Part shown: positions 1 to 9,179 of the stretch, one piece after another
How positions within the stretch are numbered: the stretch's first letter is position 1
How the letters are laid out: every line of letters begins with the position of its first letter
Source of the DNA: Bacteroidota bacterium
GTDB taxonomy: Bacteria; Bacteroidota; Bacteroidia; UKL13-3
Assembly: GCA_947492885.1 (NCBI GenBank)
Contig: CANLPK010000004.1
Coordinates: 771 to 64,770, forward strand
DNA: 64,000 nt
Reading direction: 5' to 3'
Notes under the pieces: model-generated
What the model saw: only the letters and a program-made list of their open reading frames with translations
The model's database searches: none
Told to the model about the DNA's origin: nothing
Program-made: the position numbers and the translations under genes

Positions 1-1
1 A

Positions 2-232
2 CAAATAGGCGAATCAATCGCAGCAGAAGCAAATATAACCCTTACCCCTCGTCATTGGGAAGTGATTAAATATTTACAGAACGAGCATAAGAGCCAAGTT
101 GCTTTAAGTATTCGAAGAGTAGGGAAAAGTGGGGTGGTTGATATCAAAGAATTTTATGCCCTGTTCCCAAATGCACCACTAAAAACTGCGACTAAAATTG
201 CTGGTGTCCCAAAACCCGCCAGCTGTATCTAA
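2..232 (+). CDS. TusE/DsrC/DsvC-family sulfur-relay protein (5' end outside window)
   Basis: Open frame from the window edge to TAA at 230-232. Translation ...TPRHWEVIKYLQNEH...FYALFPNAPLKTATKIAGVPKPASCI* has the family's HWEVI motif and the conserved C-terminal PKPxxC tail. Confidence 0.75.
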   Translation, partial: QIGESIAAEANITLTPRHWEVIKYLQNEHKSQVALSIRRVGKSGVVDIKEFYALFPNAPLKTATKIAGVPKPASCI

Positions 233-253
233 ACTTTTAAATTTAAAATTATC

Positions 254-736
254 ATGGAAAATAATAATGGAAAAATTAGAAAGATGATGATCATCTTATC
301 TAAAGGAACCTTAGAAAATGTATACGCTGCCTTTGTTCTAGCCAATGGGGCACGTATGGAAGGCATCGAAGCAGAAATGTTTTTTACCTTCTTCGGATTG
401 GAAGCCATTCATAAGAAAAAATTAGAGCACCTGCATGTAGCAACCGTAGGTAACCCCGCCATGCACATGCCTACCATGTTAGGTGGATTGCCTGGAATGG
501 AATCACTTGCCTCCATGATGATGAAAAAGGAAATGGAGAAAATTGATATGCCCGATGTTCATGAATTTTTGGATATTCTAAGTGCATCAGGTGTAAAACT
601 ATGGGCATGCAAATTGGCCATGGATATGTTTCACTATAAGAAAGAAGATTTATATGAAGGAGTAGATGCCATCATTACCGTAGGCGATTTTTATAAGCAA
701 AGTGAAGGTGAAGGCGTACATATGTTGATGGTATAA
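254..736 (+). CDS. DsrE/DsrF-like (DrsE2-type) family protein
   Basis: 160-aa ORF. MMIILSKGTLENVYAAFVLANGA...KLWACKLAMDMF resembles the small DsrE-like sulfur-carrier/peroxiredoxin-like family. It sits 21 nt after the DsrC-like gene. Confidence 0.6.
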   Translation: MENNNGKIRKMMIILSKGTLENVYAAFVLANGARMEGIEAEMFFTFFGLEAIHKKKLEHLHVATVGNPAMHMPTMLGGLPGMESLASMMMKKEMEKIDMPDVHEFLDILSASGVKLWACKLAMDMFHYKKEDLYEGVDAIITVGDFYKQSEGEGVHMLMV

Positions 737-805
737 AAAAGGAAGATGCGAGATGATGAGACATCGTCGCAGAGGATTGGTAAGGTTGAGAAGTTCGTGA
801 TGTTA

Positions 806-838
806 AACCCTGGAAAGTAGAAACTTCTGGGGTTTTTG
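806..838 (+). terminator. putative rho-independent terminator after the DsrE-like gene
   Basis: Imperfect hairpin ccctggaa/ttctgggg (two G-U pairs) followed by ttttt. Confidence 0.35.
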
Positions 839-967
839 TTTACCATTATTCGCTCCAACGCTTCATTGTGATTTTTAATTTCAATTCGAAAAACTGACCA
901 ATATCAAACTTTCTCTCCGTATGTTCTTTTACTTTCGCGGAATGGTTGAAAATGAACCATGTACTAA

Positions 968-1273
968 ATGCAAGCAATTAATACACCCGAAAAACAATTG
1001 GAGCACCTGCGCAAGCAAATTCATTCACAGGATCGTGAATTGTTATTGGTATTAAAAAAACGGATGCAATTGGCTTCGAAAATTGGCACTTTAAAAGCGA
1101 AAAATGATTGGGATATTGCCCAAAATGAATACTGGGAGAAAACAGTGGAAGCACGCTCGAAGCTAGCTCAAAAACTAGGTTTGAATGAGGTTTTAGTAAA
1201 ACAACTTTTTTCAAAAATTCATAGCGAATCGAAAAAAGCCCAACAAGAAATTATTACAAATCGTAAAAAATGA
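968..1273 (+). CDS. chorismate mutase (stand-alone AroQ type)
   Basis: 101-aa all-helical ORF. LEHLRKQIHSQDRELLLVLKKRMQLASKIGTLK matches the AroQ helix-1 pattern. Its stop overlaps the next start (ATGA at 1270-1273). Confidence 0.75.
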   Translation: MQAINTPEKQLEHLRKQIHSQDRELLLVLKKRMQLASKIGTLKAKNDWDIAQNEYWEKTVEARSKLAQKLGLNEVLVKQLFSKIHSESKKAQQEIITNRKK

Positions 1274-2511
1274 AACAATCAGTTATGGAGCTTATGGCTC
1301 CTGTTGGCTCCTTTGAAGCCCTCATGGCAGCCATTCAGGGAGGTGCCAATGCCATTTACTTTGGTGTAGAGCAACTTAATATGCGTACTCGATCATCGAA
1401 CAATTTCACGATTGACGACCTTGAAAAAATTGCAGCAATATGCAATGAACATTCAATTCGCTCTTATCTTACATTGAACACAGTCATCTTCGATCACGAT
1501 ATCATGCTAATGAAAAACATTGTGGATGCTGCACAAAAAAGTGGCATTAGTGCAGTCATTGCATCTGATCATGCGGTAATGAATTATGCTAAAAAAGTGG
1601 GGGTGACGGTACATGTATCTACCCAAGCCAACGTTACCAATATCGATACCATTGAGTTCTACGCTGCTTATGCCGATGTCATGGTATTGGCTCGCGAGTT
1701 GAGCTTAATGCAAGTAGCAACCATTAGTGAAGAAATTAAACGACGCGATGTTCGTGGTCCCAATGGAAAATTGGTGCGTATTGAAGTATTCGGACATGGA
1801 GCTTTGTGTATGGCTGTCTCTGGCAAATGTTATCTGAGTTTGCATACTAATTTTGCCTCGGCGAATCGTGGCGCTTGTATTCAAAACTGCCGTCATAGCT
1901 ATATTGTAACCGATAAAGAGGAGGGCACCGAATTGGAAATTGACAATGAATATATTATGTCGGCAAAAGATTTATGCACCATCGGATTTCTCGACCAAGT
2001 AATTGATGCTGGAGTGAGTGTATTGAAAATTGAAGGCCGTGGGCGCAGTGCCGATTATGTTTACACCGTTACCAAATGCTATCGGGAAGCCATCGATGCC
2101 ATTTATGGTGGATCGTATAATAAAGAAAAAGTAGCCGAATGGACCGAGCGTCTTGCCACGGTGTATAATCGCGGTTTTTGGGATGGGTATTATTTGGGGA
2201 GAACTATGGGAGAATGGAATAATGAATACGGATCGAAAGCCACAAAACGCAAAATCCATATTGGTAGAGGCCTAAATTATTTTGAGGCAGTAGGTGTTGG
2301 CGAATTTCAATTGGAATCGCATTCATTAGAAACTGGTGATGAAATTATTATCATTGGACCTACGACGGGCGTAGTGCAAATGGTGGTGAATGAAATTCGT
2401 TTGGATGATAAAAAAACAAATCAAGTACAAAAAGGAGATGTATTTTCTGTGGCTGTTGGAACAAAAATTCGACCATCAGATAAACTCTATAAACTCGTGG
2501 ATGCTACATGA
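1270..2511 (+). CDS. U32-family Fe-S protein (annotated family name: peptidase U32; RlhA/TrhP/UbiU-like)
   Basis: 413 aa. N-terminal ELMAPVGSFEALMAAIQGGANAIYFG and LKIEGRGRS are U32 hallmarks. It carries an exact CX6CX15CX3C cysteine motif (C-MAVSGK-C-YLSLHTNFASANRGA-C-IQN-C). Confidence 0.85.
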   Translation: MKQSVMELMAPVGSFEALMAAIQGGANAIYFGVEQLNMRTRSSNNFTIDDLEKIAAICNEHSIRSYLTLNTVIFDHDIMLMKNIVDAAQKSGISAVIASDHAVMNYAKKVGVTVHVSTQANVTNIDTIEFYAAYADVMVLARELSLMQVATISEEIKRRDVRGPNGKLVRIEVFGHGALCMAVSGKCYLSLHTNFASANRGACIQNCRHSYIVTDKEEGTELEIDNEYIMSAKDLCTIGFLDQVIDAGVSVLKIEGRGRSADYVYTVTKCYREAIDAIYGGSYNKEKVAEWTERLATVYNRGFWDGYYLGRTMGEWNNEYGSKATKRKIHIGRGLNYFEAVGVGEFQLESHSLETGDEIIIIGPTTGVVQMVVNEIRLDDKKTNQVQKGDVFSVAVGTKIRPSDKLYKLVDAT

Positions 2512-2738
2512 TCCGGATAACCCAACAACGCCAGAAATGTATTGGTTGCAATGCCTGTGTTGAGGTGTCTAAATTTCGTTGGCGCCTCTCTAAAAAGGAT
2601 GGTAAATGCACCCTCATTGGTGGCACCGAAAAGAAGGGTTGGTATTCGATCACCGTGGGTGACGATGAACTGGAAGAAACATTATTGGCAATTAAAAATT
2701 GTCCTGTGAATATTATTCGGGTCGAAACCCTCAAGTAA
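2508..2738 (+). CDS. small single-cluster ferredoxin
   Basis: 76 aa with CIGCNAC near the N-terminus and a distal NCP (CxxCxxC...CP). Its start overlaps the U32 stop (ATGA at 2508-2511). Confidence 0.7.
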   Translation: MIRITQQRQKCIGCNACVEVSKFRWRLSKKDGKCTLIGGTEKKGWYSITVGDDELEETLLAIKNCPVNIIRVETLK

Positions 2739-2784
2739 TTCTCAATCAGAATGCTATCCCTGCTTGGGTTTGGTAGTTATTTCC

Positions 2785-2813
2785 TTGCGCTTCAATCAAA
2801 ACCCTTAAATTTG
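2785..2813 (+). promoter_or_regulatory. Bacteroidota-type promoter (TTG ... TAAATTTG) for hscA
   Basis: Exact TAnnTTTG at 2806-2813, with TTG 18 nt upstream at 2785-2787. It lies 63 nt before the ATG at 2876. Confidence 0.45.
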
Positions 2814-2875
2814 CATTTTTATCAGCATTGAACTTTTGCCGCGCTAAACTTAAGCGCAAAAGTTAGCATACAATA

Positions 2876-4732
2876 ATGGCTAAAGTAGGGATTAATATTG
2901 CCACTGGCAGTATACAACAAGAAGAGATCATCGTTGGAATTGATTTGGGTACTACCAATAGTTTGGTAGCCTTCATTAATTCCAATCAGCAACCATACGC
3001 ACTAAACGATATGGATGGATATACCATTGTACCATCTATCGTTCACTTTACAGCAACAGGAGAAGTAATGGTTGGAAATGAGGCGAAACAACACCTCATC
3101 GATGACCCGCAACATACAGTATACTCTGTGAAGCGTTTATTGGGTAAGAGTTTCAGCGATTTAGGAAATATCCAACAGTATTTTGGTTATAAAATTTTGG
3201 ATGAAGATTCGGAAGGACTTATCAAAATAAAAATTCACGATAAGTACTATACAGCAATTGAAATATCGGCACTCATCCTTAAAGAACTAAAATCGAGAGC
3301 CGAGCATTATCTTAAAACACCGGTAAAGCGCGCTGTAATTACGGTTCCAGCCTATTTCAACGATGCTCAGCGACAAGCTACTCGCGATGCAGGAAGGCTT
3401 GCTGGTTTAGATGTATTGCGTATTGTAAACGAACCTACGGCAGCCAGCTTGGCGTATGGTTTGGGCTTGGATAAAAATGAACATCAAAATATTGCAGTGT
3501 ACGACCTCGGTGGAGGCACGTTTGATATCTCTATCTTAAGCCTTCAGCAAGGCATCTTCGAAGTGTTAAGTACCAATGGTGATACTTTCTTAGGTGGCGA
3601 TGATTTTGATAAGGCCATCGTAAATCATTGGATAGAAGCAAATCAAAAAAACCTTGATGAAATTCTCGCTGATAAAAGTTTAAGTCAATGGCTTCGACTC
3701 AAAGCGGAAGAAGTGAAAAAACAGCTCAGCTATGTGGAAGAAGTTTCGTTAGAAGAAAATGGATGGAACCTTTGCATGTCGGCAGAGAAATTTGAGGAAT
3801 TAATTCTTCCCATTGTAAAACGAAGCATGGACTGTTGTGAAAAAGCCCTTGCCGACAGTGGCTTACAACTCAGTGAAATAAGCAATATAGTTATGGTGGG
3901 TGGAAGTACCCGTACCCCATTGGTAAAGAAAATGGTGGACGAATTTTTTAAAGGCGCCCTCCTTTTTGATGCCCTCAACCCCGATGAAGTAGTAGCGCTA
4001 GGCGCTGCCATTGAAGCCGATATCTTGGCGGGTAACCGAAGTGATATATTACTTTTGGATGTAACGCCTTTGAGTTTGGGAATTGAAACACTTGGAGGAT
4101 TGATGGATACGCTCATTCCTCGAAACAGTAAAATCCCTACACGTGCAGCACGTCAATACACCACTTCTATTGATGGACAAAGCAATATTAAAATCAATGT
4201 ATATCAAGGAGAACGCGATTTGGTTGCAGAAAACCGTAAGTTGGCTACATTCGATTTGAAAGGTGTTCCAGCCATGCCTGCTGGTTTGCCCAAAGTGGAG
4301 GTGGGATTCCAACTCAATGCCGACGGTATTTTAACAGTGACCGCTAAAGAACTTAGAAGCGGTGTTTCTCAAGTAATTGAGGTGAAACCACAATATGGAT
4401 TAACCGATTCGGAAGTAGAGAAGATGCTGATGGATTCGCTGGTGAATGCTCAGAAAGATGTGGACACACGCATGATTGTTGAAGCACAAACAGAAGCACA
4501 ACAACTCATTTATCTTACCGAAAGATTTTTGGAAAAGAATTCGGGTATGTTAAGTGCAGAAGAAATAAGCGGAACAAAACAAAAAATTGAAGATTTGCGT
4601 GCCTCACTTGCAACCAATGACAAAAATAGTGTACTAAAATATAACGAGGCGCTTAATGAGTATACTGCCCCATTTGCCGAACGACTCATGGATATTGCCA
4701 TTGCACAAGCCATGAAAGGAAAACAGATTTAG
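2876..4732 (+). CDS. hscA: Fe-S cluster assembly Hsp70 chaperone HscA
   Basis: 618 aa. [44 protein letters not shown] and [20 protein letters not shown] fit HscA better than DnaK. Confidence 0.8.
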   Translation: MAKVGINIATGSIQQEEIIVGIDLGTTNSLVAFINSNQQPYALNDMDGYTIVPSIVHFTATGEVMVGNEAKQHLIDDPQHTVYSVKRLLGKSFSDLGNIQQYFGYKILDEDSEGLIKIKIHDKYYTAIEISALILKELKSRAEHYLKTPVKRAVITVPAYFNDAQRQATRDAGRLAGLDVLRIVNEPTAASLAYGLGLDKNEHQNIAVYDLGGGTFDISILSLQQGIFEVLSTNGDTFLGGDDFDKAIVNHWIEANQKNLDEILADKSLSQWLRLKAEEVKKQLSYVEEVSLEENGWNLCMSAEKFEELILPIVKRSMDCCEKALADSGLQLSEISNIVMVGGSTRTPLVKKMVDEFFKGALLFDALNPDEVVALGAAIEADILAGNRSDILLLDVTPLSLGIETLGGLMDTLIPRNSKIPTRAARQYTTSIDGQSNIKINVYQGERDLVAENRKLATFDLKGVPAMPAGLPKVEVGFQLNADGILTVTAKELRSGVSQVIEVKPQYGLTDSEVEKMLMDSLVNAQKDVDTRMIVEAQTEAQQLIYLTERFLEKNSGMLSAEEISGTKQKIEDLRASLATNDKNSVLKYNEALNEYTAPFAERLMDIAIAQAMKGKQI

Positions 4733-4787
4733 AAACAATTAAAGCAAAACAAAAAATAAATTGCCGCTATTGGCGTTCTCAATAATC

Positions 4788-5486
4788 ATGAATAAGTCAA
4801 ATCCATTACAATACAACTCCACTCCCAATCGATTTTGGGTGTTGTTAGGCATGATGTTGTTTTGGATAACGGCTGCTTTTTCACAAAATGACAATATAAG
4901 TGGTACCGATTTCGATGATAATCCGAACCTCCATCTTGGGGTTAAAGCCGGTATTAATTTCAGCAACTTAAAATCGGTTGAACTCACCCACAAATCGACT
5001 TATATAGGAATGGATGTTGGGTTATACGCCAATTACAAGTTAAATAAAGTATTGGCTTTGCAAATCGATTTTATTGGGAATGTAAAAGGAGCCAATTTTA
5101 ATTATGGTACCGCTTCTTCATTAAATAAACTTGCCTTGTTTTATTTAGACATCCCCATTACAATGCAATTTTCATTTATAAAAAAAGCCAAATTAATCCC
5201 TTATGTTGGAATCATGCCCTCTGTAGTATTCCGAAAAGATGCATATAAAACCCAGGAAGCCGTACCTCAACCAATTTCTATAGGTATTAAGAAATATGAT
5301 TTCGGTGTTAGTGCCGGATTATTATATAAAATGGACCCACGTGTTGGATTGCAATTACAATTCAATTATGGATTGATTGACGTTAATAATCCCGCTCCCA
5401 ATCAGTTAGTCTTACCCTTTTATCCATACCTGGGTGGGGGTGGCAGCATCTATAACCGAAATTTACAATTGAGTTTGGTGTTTTAG
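4788..5486 (+). CDS. outer-membrane beta-barrel (porin-family, OMP_b-brl_2-like) protein
   Basis: Signal-peptide-like FWVLLGMMLFWITAAFSQ, alternating amphipathic strands, and a terminal aromatic (...LQLSLVF). I chose the ATG at 4788 over the TTG at 4761. Confidence 0.6.
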   Translation: MNKSNPLQYNSTPNRFWVLLGMMLFWITAAFSQNDNISGTDFDDNPNLHLGVKAGINFSNLKSVELTHKSTYIGMDVGLYANYKLNKVLALQIDFIGNVKGANFNYGTASSLNKLALFYLDIPITMQFSFIKKAKLIPYVGIMPSVVFRKDAYKTQEAVPQPISIGIKKYDFGVSAGLLYKMDPRVGLQLQFNYGLIDVNNPAPNQLVLPFYPYLGGGGSIYNRNLQLSLVF

Positions 5487-5505
5487 CCTTAACGGAATAC
5501 TTTTG
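5474..5505 (+). promoter_or_regulatory. Bacteroidota-type promoter (TTTG-N20-TACTTTTG)
   Basis: TTTG at 5474-5477 and an exact TAnnTTTG at 5498-5505, 26 nt before the ATG at 5531. Confidence 0.5.
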
Positions 5506-5530
5506 TACTCTCTAATTTTATTTTATTTCA

Positions 5531-5929
5531 ATGGATATTTCAGGAAAGTTATCGTTGCACCTACCTATAACTACAGGTGAAGGTAAAAATGGCACATGGC
5601 AAAAAAGCGGATTCGTAGTAGAAACTTCGAATGAAAAATACCCGAAAAAGGTATGCTTCACTACTTGGGGTGACACCATCGCACAATCTCAGGTATTTCA
5701 AGCTGGTGAAGAGGTGAAGGTGAGTTTTGATGTGGAATCGAGAGAATATCAAGGTAAATGGTACAGTGATATCAAGGCTTGGAAAGTAGAACGCAATGCA
5801 GGTGGCACTCCTAATGTAGCACCTTCTACTCCTCAAAATTCCCAAAAGAACAATGCTACCGAAACTCCAGCAAGTTCAGGAAACAACGAAAGCTTTAATG
5901 TAACCCAAGACGACGATCTTCCTTTTTAG
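5531..5929 (+). CDS. DUF3127-family protein
   Basis: 132 aa. GKNGTWQKSGFVVETSNEKYPKKVCFTTWGD matches the DUF3127 core, followed by a low-complexity tail. Confidence 0.6.
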   Translation: MDISGKLSLHLPITTGEGKNGTWQKSGFVVETSNEKYPKKVCFTTWGDTIAQSQVFQAGEEVKVSFDVESREYQGKWYSDIKAWKVERNAGGTPNVAPSTPQNSQKNNATETPASSGNNESFNVTQDDDLPF

Positions 5930-5943
5930 TAAGCATTTTTGAT

Positions 5944-5951
5944 TACGTTTG
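5944..5951 (+). promoter_or_regulatory. -7 box TACGTTTG upstream of the ECF sigma gene
   Basis: Exact TAnnTTTG 26 nt before the TTG start at 5978. Confidence 0.4.
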
Positions 5952-5977
5952 CAACCATATTCCGCTAAATAACTCCA

Positions 5978-6556
5978 TTGAGAAAGAAATTTAACATCAC
6001 CGAAGAAGAACTGGTTGAACTGTTGAAAGACGGCGATGAAAAAGGCTTGGAAGTTTTATATCAAAACTATTCGAAAGCCTTATACAATGTTATTTTTCAA
6101 ATTGTACGTAGCGACGAAATGGCCGAAGAAGCTTTGCAAGATGGCTTCTTAAAAATTTGGAAAAACGCCTCAAGCTACGATAAAAGCAAGGGCACCATCT
6201 TTACATGGATGCTTAATATTTGCCGCAATATCGCCATCGATAAAACACGTAGCAAAGATTTTAAGAACGAAGCCAAAAACCAAAACATTGAAACTTCCGT
6301 AAATGTTGAAAGAGATCACAGTACTGAAATTACTCCCGATCATATAGGAGTAGCCAAGGTAGTGGAGAAATTAAAACCTGAGTTGAGGGAAGTGATTGAT
6401 ATGATATTTTTAAAAGGATACACCCAAATTCAGGCAGCAGAGGCATTGAAGATTCCATTAGGTACTATTAAAACACGAAGCCGAAATGCTATTCTAGAAT
6501 TGCGGAAATATTTTACACTCATCTTAGCACTTATCACAACGATATTAAATTTTTAA
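5978..6556 (+). CDS. RNA polymerase ECF-type sigma-70 factor
   Basis: 192 aa. Region 2 (ALQDGFLKIWKN...FTWMLNICRNIAIDKTR) and region 4 (IPLGTIKTRSRNAILELR) are present. TTG start. Confidence 0.85.
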   Translation: MRKKFNITEEELVELLKDGDEKGLEVLYQNYSKALYNVIFQIVRSDEMAEEALQDGFLKIWKNASSYDKSKGTIFTWMLNICRNIAIDKTRSKDFKNEAKNQNIETSVNVERDHSTEITPDHIGVAKVVEKLKPELREVIDMIFLKGYTQIQAAEALKIPLGTIKTRSRNAILELRKYFTLILALITTILNF

Positions 6557-6560
6557 TGCA

Positions 6561-7325
6561 GTGAACACCAGAGAAATCATAGAATCGGGCAAATTGGAAC
6601 TTTACGTATGCGGCGCACTAAGCGAGCGTGAGATGCGTGAAATTGCCTTGCTTGCCGATTTGAATGCCGATCTGCGTCAGGAAATCTCTCGCATTGAAAA
6701 TGACTTGGTAAACTATGCTGAAAGTTTTGAGAAGGCTCCTAATCAAGCTACCCTCGATAAGGTATTGAAGAATATTAAATCGGGTAACAAAACTTTTCAG
6801 GTTGACTTTAGAACCAACCGATTCAATTGGGCCTATGCTGCCAGTGTCATTGGATTTCTTATAATGGGTGGCTTATCGTACTATTTCTGGAATCAATCCG
6901 AGGCATACAAAAAACAAGTGGAAGCACTCGTTCCGCTCAACGATACCATCAGCAATATCAAAAATGAATTGGCTCATAACGCTTCTGAAATTGAATTCCT
7001 CAATCGTACCACCACACGCAAATATAAATTGGTAGGAATTGAAGGAAAAGATAGTAGCGATAATTTCATCTTGCTTTATTGGTGCTCTTTGAAGAAAGAT
7101 GTGGCCATTAACCCTGGTAATTTACCAAAGCCTCCAACTGGAATGCAATACCAGCTATGGGCTATGATCGATGGCAAACCGGTAAGCTTGGGAATGATTA
7201 ATATGCAGGAGATGCAAATCATGCAAAGTACACCTCGTGCCGAAGCCTTTGGGGTAACCCTAGAAAAAGAAGGTGGCGCATCCGAACCCAATATGGATGA
7301 ACTTAGAGTATTTCGTAAAGTTTAA
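6561..7325 (+). CDS. anti-sigma factor (RskA-type C-terminal domain)
   Basis: 254 aa, starting 4 nt after the sigma gene. It has one central TM segment. The C-terminal YQLWAMIDGKPVSLG...AFGVTLEKEGGASEP is typical of the anti-sigma-K/RskA domain. Confidence 0.75.
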   Translation: MNTREIIESGKLELYVCGALSEREMREIALLADLNADLRQEISRIENDLVNYAESFEKAPNQATLDKVLKNIKSGNKTFQVDFRTNRFNWAYAASVIGFLIMGGLSYYFWNQSEAYKKQVEALVPLNDTISNIKNELAHNASEIEFLNRTTTRKYKLVGIEGKDSSDNFILLYWCSLKKDVAINPGNLPKPPTGMQYQLWAMIDGKPVSLGMINMQEMQIMQSTPRAEAFGVTLEKEGGASEPNMDELRVFRKV

Positions 7326-7340
7326 TTTTAATTCCATGTT

Positions 7341-8354
7341 ATGAAACCACGCATCCTTTCGTTTTTGGTTTCGCTCCTCATCGCGTTAGTGATTTTTATT
7401 TCTGGTGTTTTTTTACTTCATGGCTGGCGCAATGCAGCAATACTATCAAGCATCGCATTCCTAGTTAGCTTTTTTGTAACCATTCTTGCTTTCGAACGAT
7501 TTATTGCACATAAGATAAGTTTGGTTTATAAACTTATTTCCAATTTAAAAATTGGTAAAGAGCTCAAACAGGCACTAGGCAATAATGTTAGCGACGATCC
7601 ACTAAATCAGATTGAGCAAGAGGTAATACGATGGGCGCAATTGAAATCTATTGAGATTGATACCCTCAACAAAATTTCTGATTATCGAAAAGAATTTCTG
7701 GGCAACCTCTCCCATGAATTAAAAACACCTTTATTTAATATTCAAGGATACGTGCAGTCATTGATTGATGGCGGGCTCGACGACCGGAAAATAGCCGACT
7801 CCTTTCTTTTGAAAGCCGAGAAAAATATCGATCGACTCTGCGCTCTAGTGGCCGATGTAGATGTGATGTCGAAACTTGATACAGGTGAAATGCCTCTGAT
7901 CCTTACCAATTTTGATATTGTATCACTCATCAAAGAAATTGCATTCACCCTCGATGAAAATGCAAGAGTTGAAAATATTAACTTTGAATTTACTTCCATC
8001 GATAAACGAGTGGTAGAAGCCGATCGCGAGAAGATGGCTCAAGTAATCACCAACCTACTCGATAACAGTATAAAATATGGTAAGACGAATGGTACCACTA
8101 GTATTAAGTTTTTCGATATGGATAAGCAAGTGCTTATTGAAATTACAGATGACGGAGAAGGCATTGATGAAGAACATATCCCTCGCCTATTCGAACGCTT
8201 CTATCGCGTTGATAAAAGCCGCAGAAGCCAGTCAGGCAGTGGAATTGGACTCGCAATTGTGAAACATATCATTAGTGCACACCATCAAACCATCAATGTA
8301 AGAAGTGCAAAAAATGTAGGTACTACTTTTGCATTTACCCTCAACAAAGCCTAA
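7341..8354 (+). CDS. sensor histidine kinase (two adjacent TM helices, no periplasmic domain)
   Basis: H-box LSHELKTPL, N-box NLLDNSIKY, G-boxes DDGEGI and GSGIGLAIVKHI. Confidence 0.85.
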   Translation: MKPRILSFLVSLLIALVIFISGVFLLHGWRNAAILSSIAFLVSFFVTILAFERFIAHKISLVYKLISNLKIGKELKQALGNNVSDDPLNQIEQEVIRWAQLKSIEIDTLNKISDYRKEFLGNLSHELKTPLFNIQGYVQSLIDGGLDDRKIADSFLLKAEKNIDRLCALVADVDVMSKLDTGEMPLILTNFDIVSLIKEIAFTLDENARVENINFEFTSIDKRVVEADREKMAQVITNLLDNSIKYGKTNGTTSIKFFDMDKQVLIEITDDGEGIDEEHIPRLFERFYRVDKSRRSQSGSGIGLAIVKHIISAHHQTINVRSAKNVGTTFAFTLNKA

Positions 8355-8435
8355 TTAACGAATCAGTGATCGGTAGTTATTGAATGCTTGTTAAAAATCA
8401 TTTTCACTTTTCTTTTTTCCCTACTTTAATATAAA

Positions 8436-9173
8436 TTGCGCACCGTGAGCCAAGCCATAGTTATAATACCCACTTACAACGAAAAAGAAAATGTTGAGCG
8501 CATGATACGTAAGGTGGTATCGCTGGCCTTACCTTTGCATATTTTAATTGTTGACGATAACTCTCCTGATGGGACTCGTGAAATTGTAAAAAAATTACAA
8601 CTAGAATTTTCTAATTTACATATACTCGAAAGAGCTGGTAAGCAAGGCTTGGGTACTGCATATATCGCCGGATTTAAATGGTGTCTTTCCAACGATTACG
8701 AGTATATTTTCGAGATGGATTGCGATTTTAGCCATAACCCCGACGACCTGCTAAATTTGTATCATACTTGCACCACGGCCCCTGCCGATATGGTGGTTGG
8801 ATCTCGATATGTGAATGGAGTGAATGTTGTAAACTGGCCTATGAGCCGCGTTATTCTTAGTTATTACGCCAGTATGTATGTTCGCATTATTACAGGCATG
8901 AGTATTCGTGATACCACCTCTGGTTTTGTGTGCTACCATCGCCGCGTATTAGAAAAATTAAATTTGGATGCCATCAAATTCAAAGGGTATGCCTTTCAAA
9001 TTGAAATGAAATTCAAGGCATGGCGCTCGGGTTTCAATATCAAGGAAGAATCTATCATCTTCACCGATAGAAAAGAAGGTCAATCTAAAATGTCGGGGGG
9101 TATTATTAAGGAAGCACTATTTGGAGTACTCGAACTCAAAATTAAAAGTGTGCTCGGCATCTTAAAAATTTAA
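8436..9173 (+). CDS. GT2 polyprenol/dolichol-phosphate mannose synthase
   Basis: VIIPTYNEKENV and IVDDNSPDGT, about 245 aa. The start is TTG at 8436 or GTG at 8445. Confidence 0.75.
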   Translation: MRTVSQAIVIIPTYNEKENVERMIRKVVSLALPLHILIVDDNSPDGTREIVKKLQLEFSNLHILERAGKQGLGTAYIAGFKWCLSNDYEYIFEMDCDFSHNPDDLLNLYHTCTTAPADMVVGSRYVNGVNVVNWPMSRVILSYYASMYVRIITGMSIRDTTSGFVCYHRRVLEKLNLDAIKFKGYAFQIEMKFKAWRSGFNIKEESIIFTDRKEGQSKMSGGIIKEALFGVLELKIKSVLGILKI

Positions 9174-9179
9174 GTGAGC

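Noticed and set aside
2508-4732. Ferredoxin plus HscA read as a fragment of an isc operon (hscA-fdx).
   Set aside because: The ferredoxin is a CxxCxxC...CP 4Fe-4S type, not the 2Fe-2S adrenodoxin type of isc. It is translationally coupled to the U32 gene upstream rather than to hscA. No hscB, iscU or iscS is nearby.
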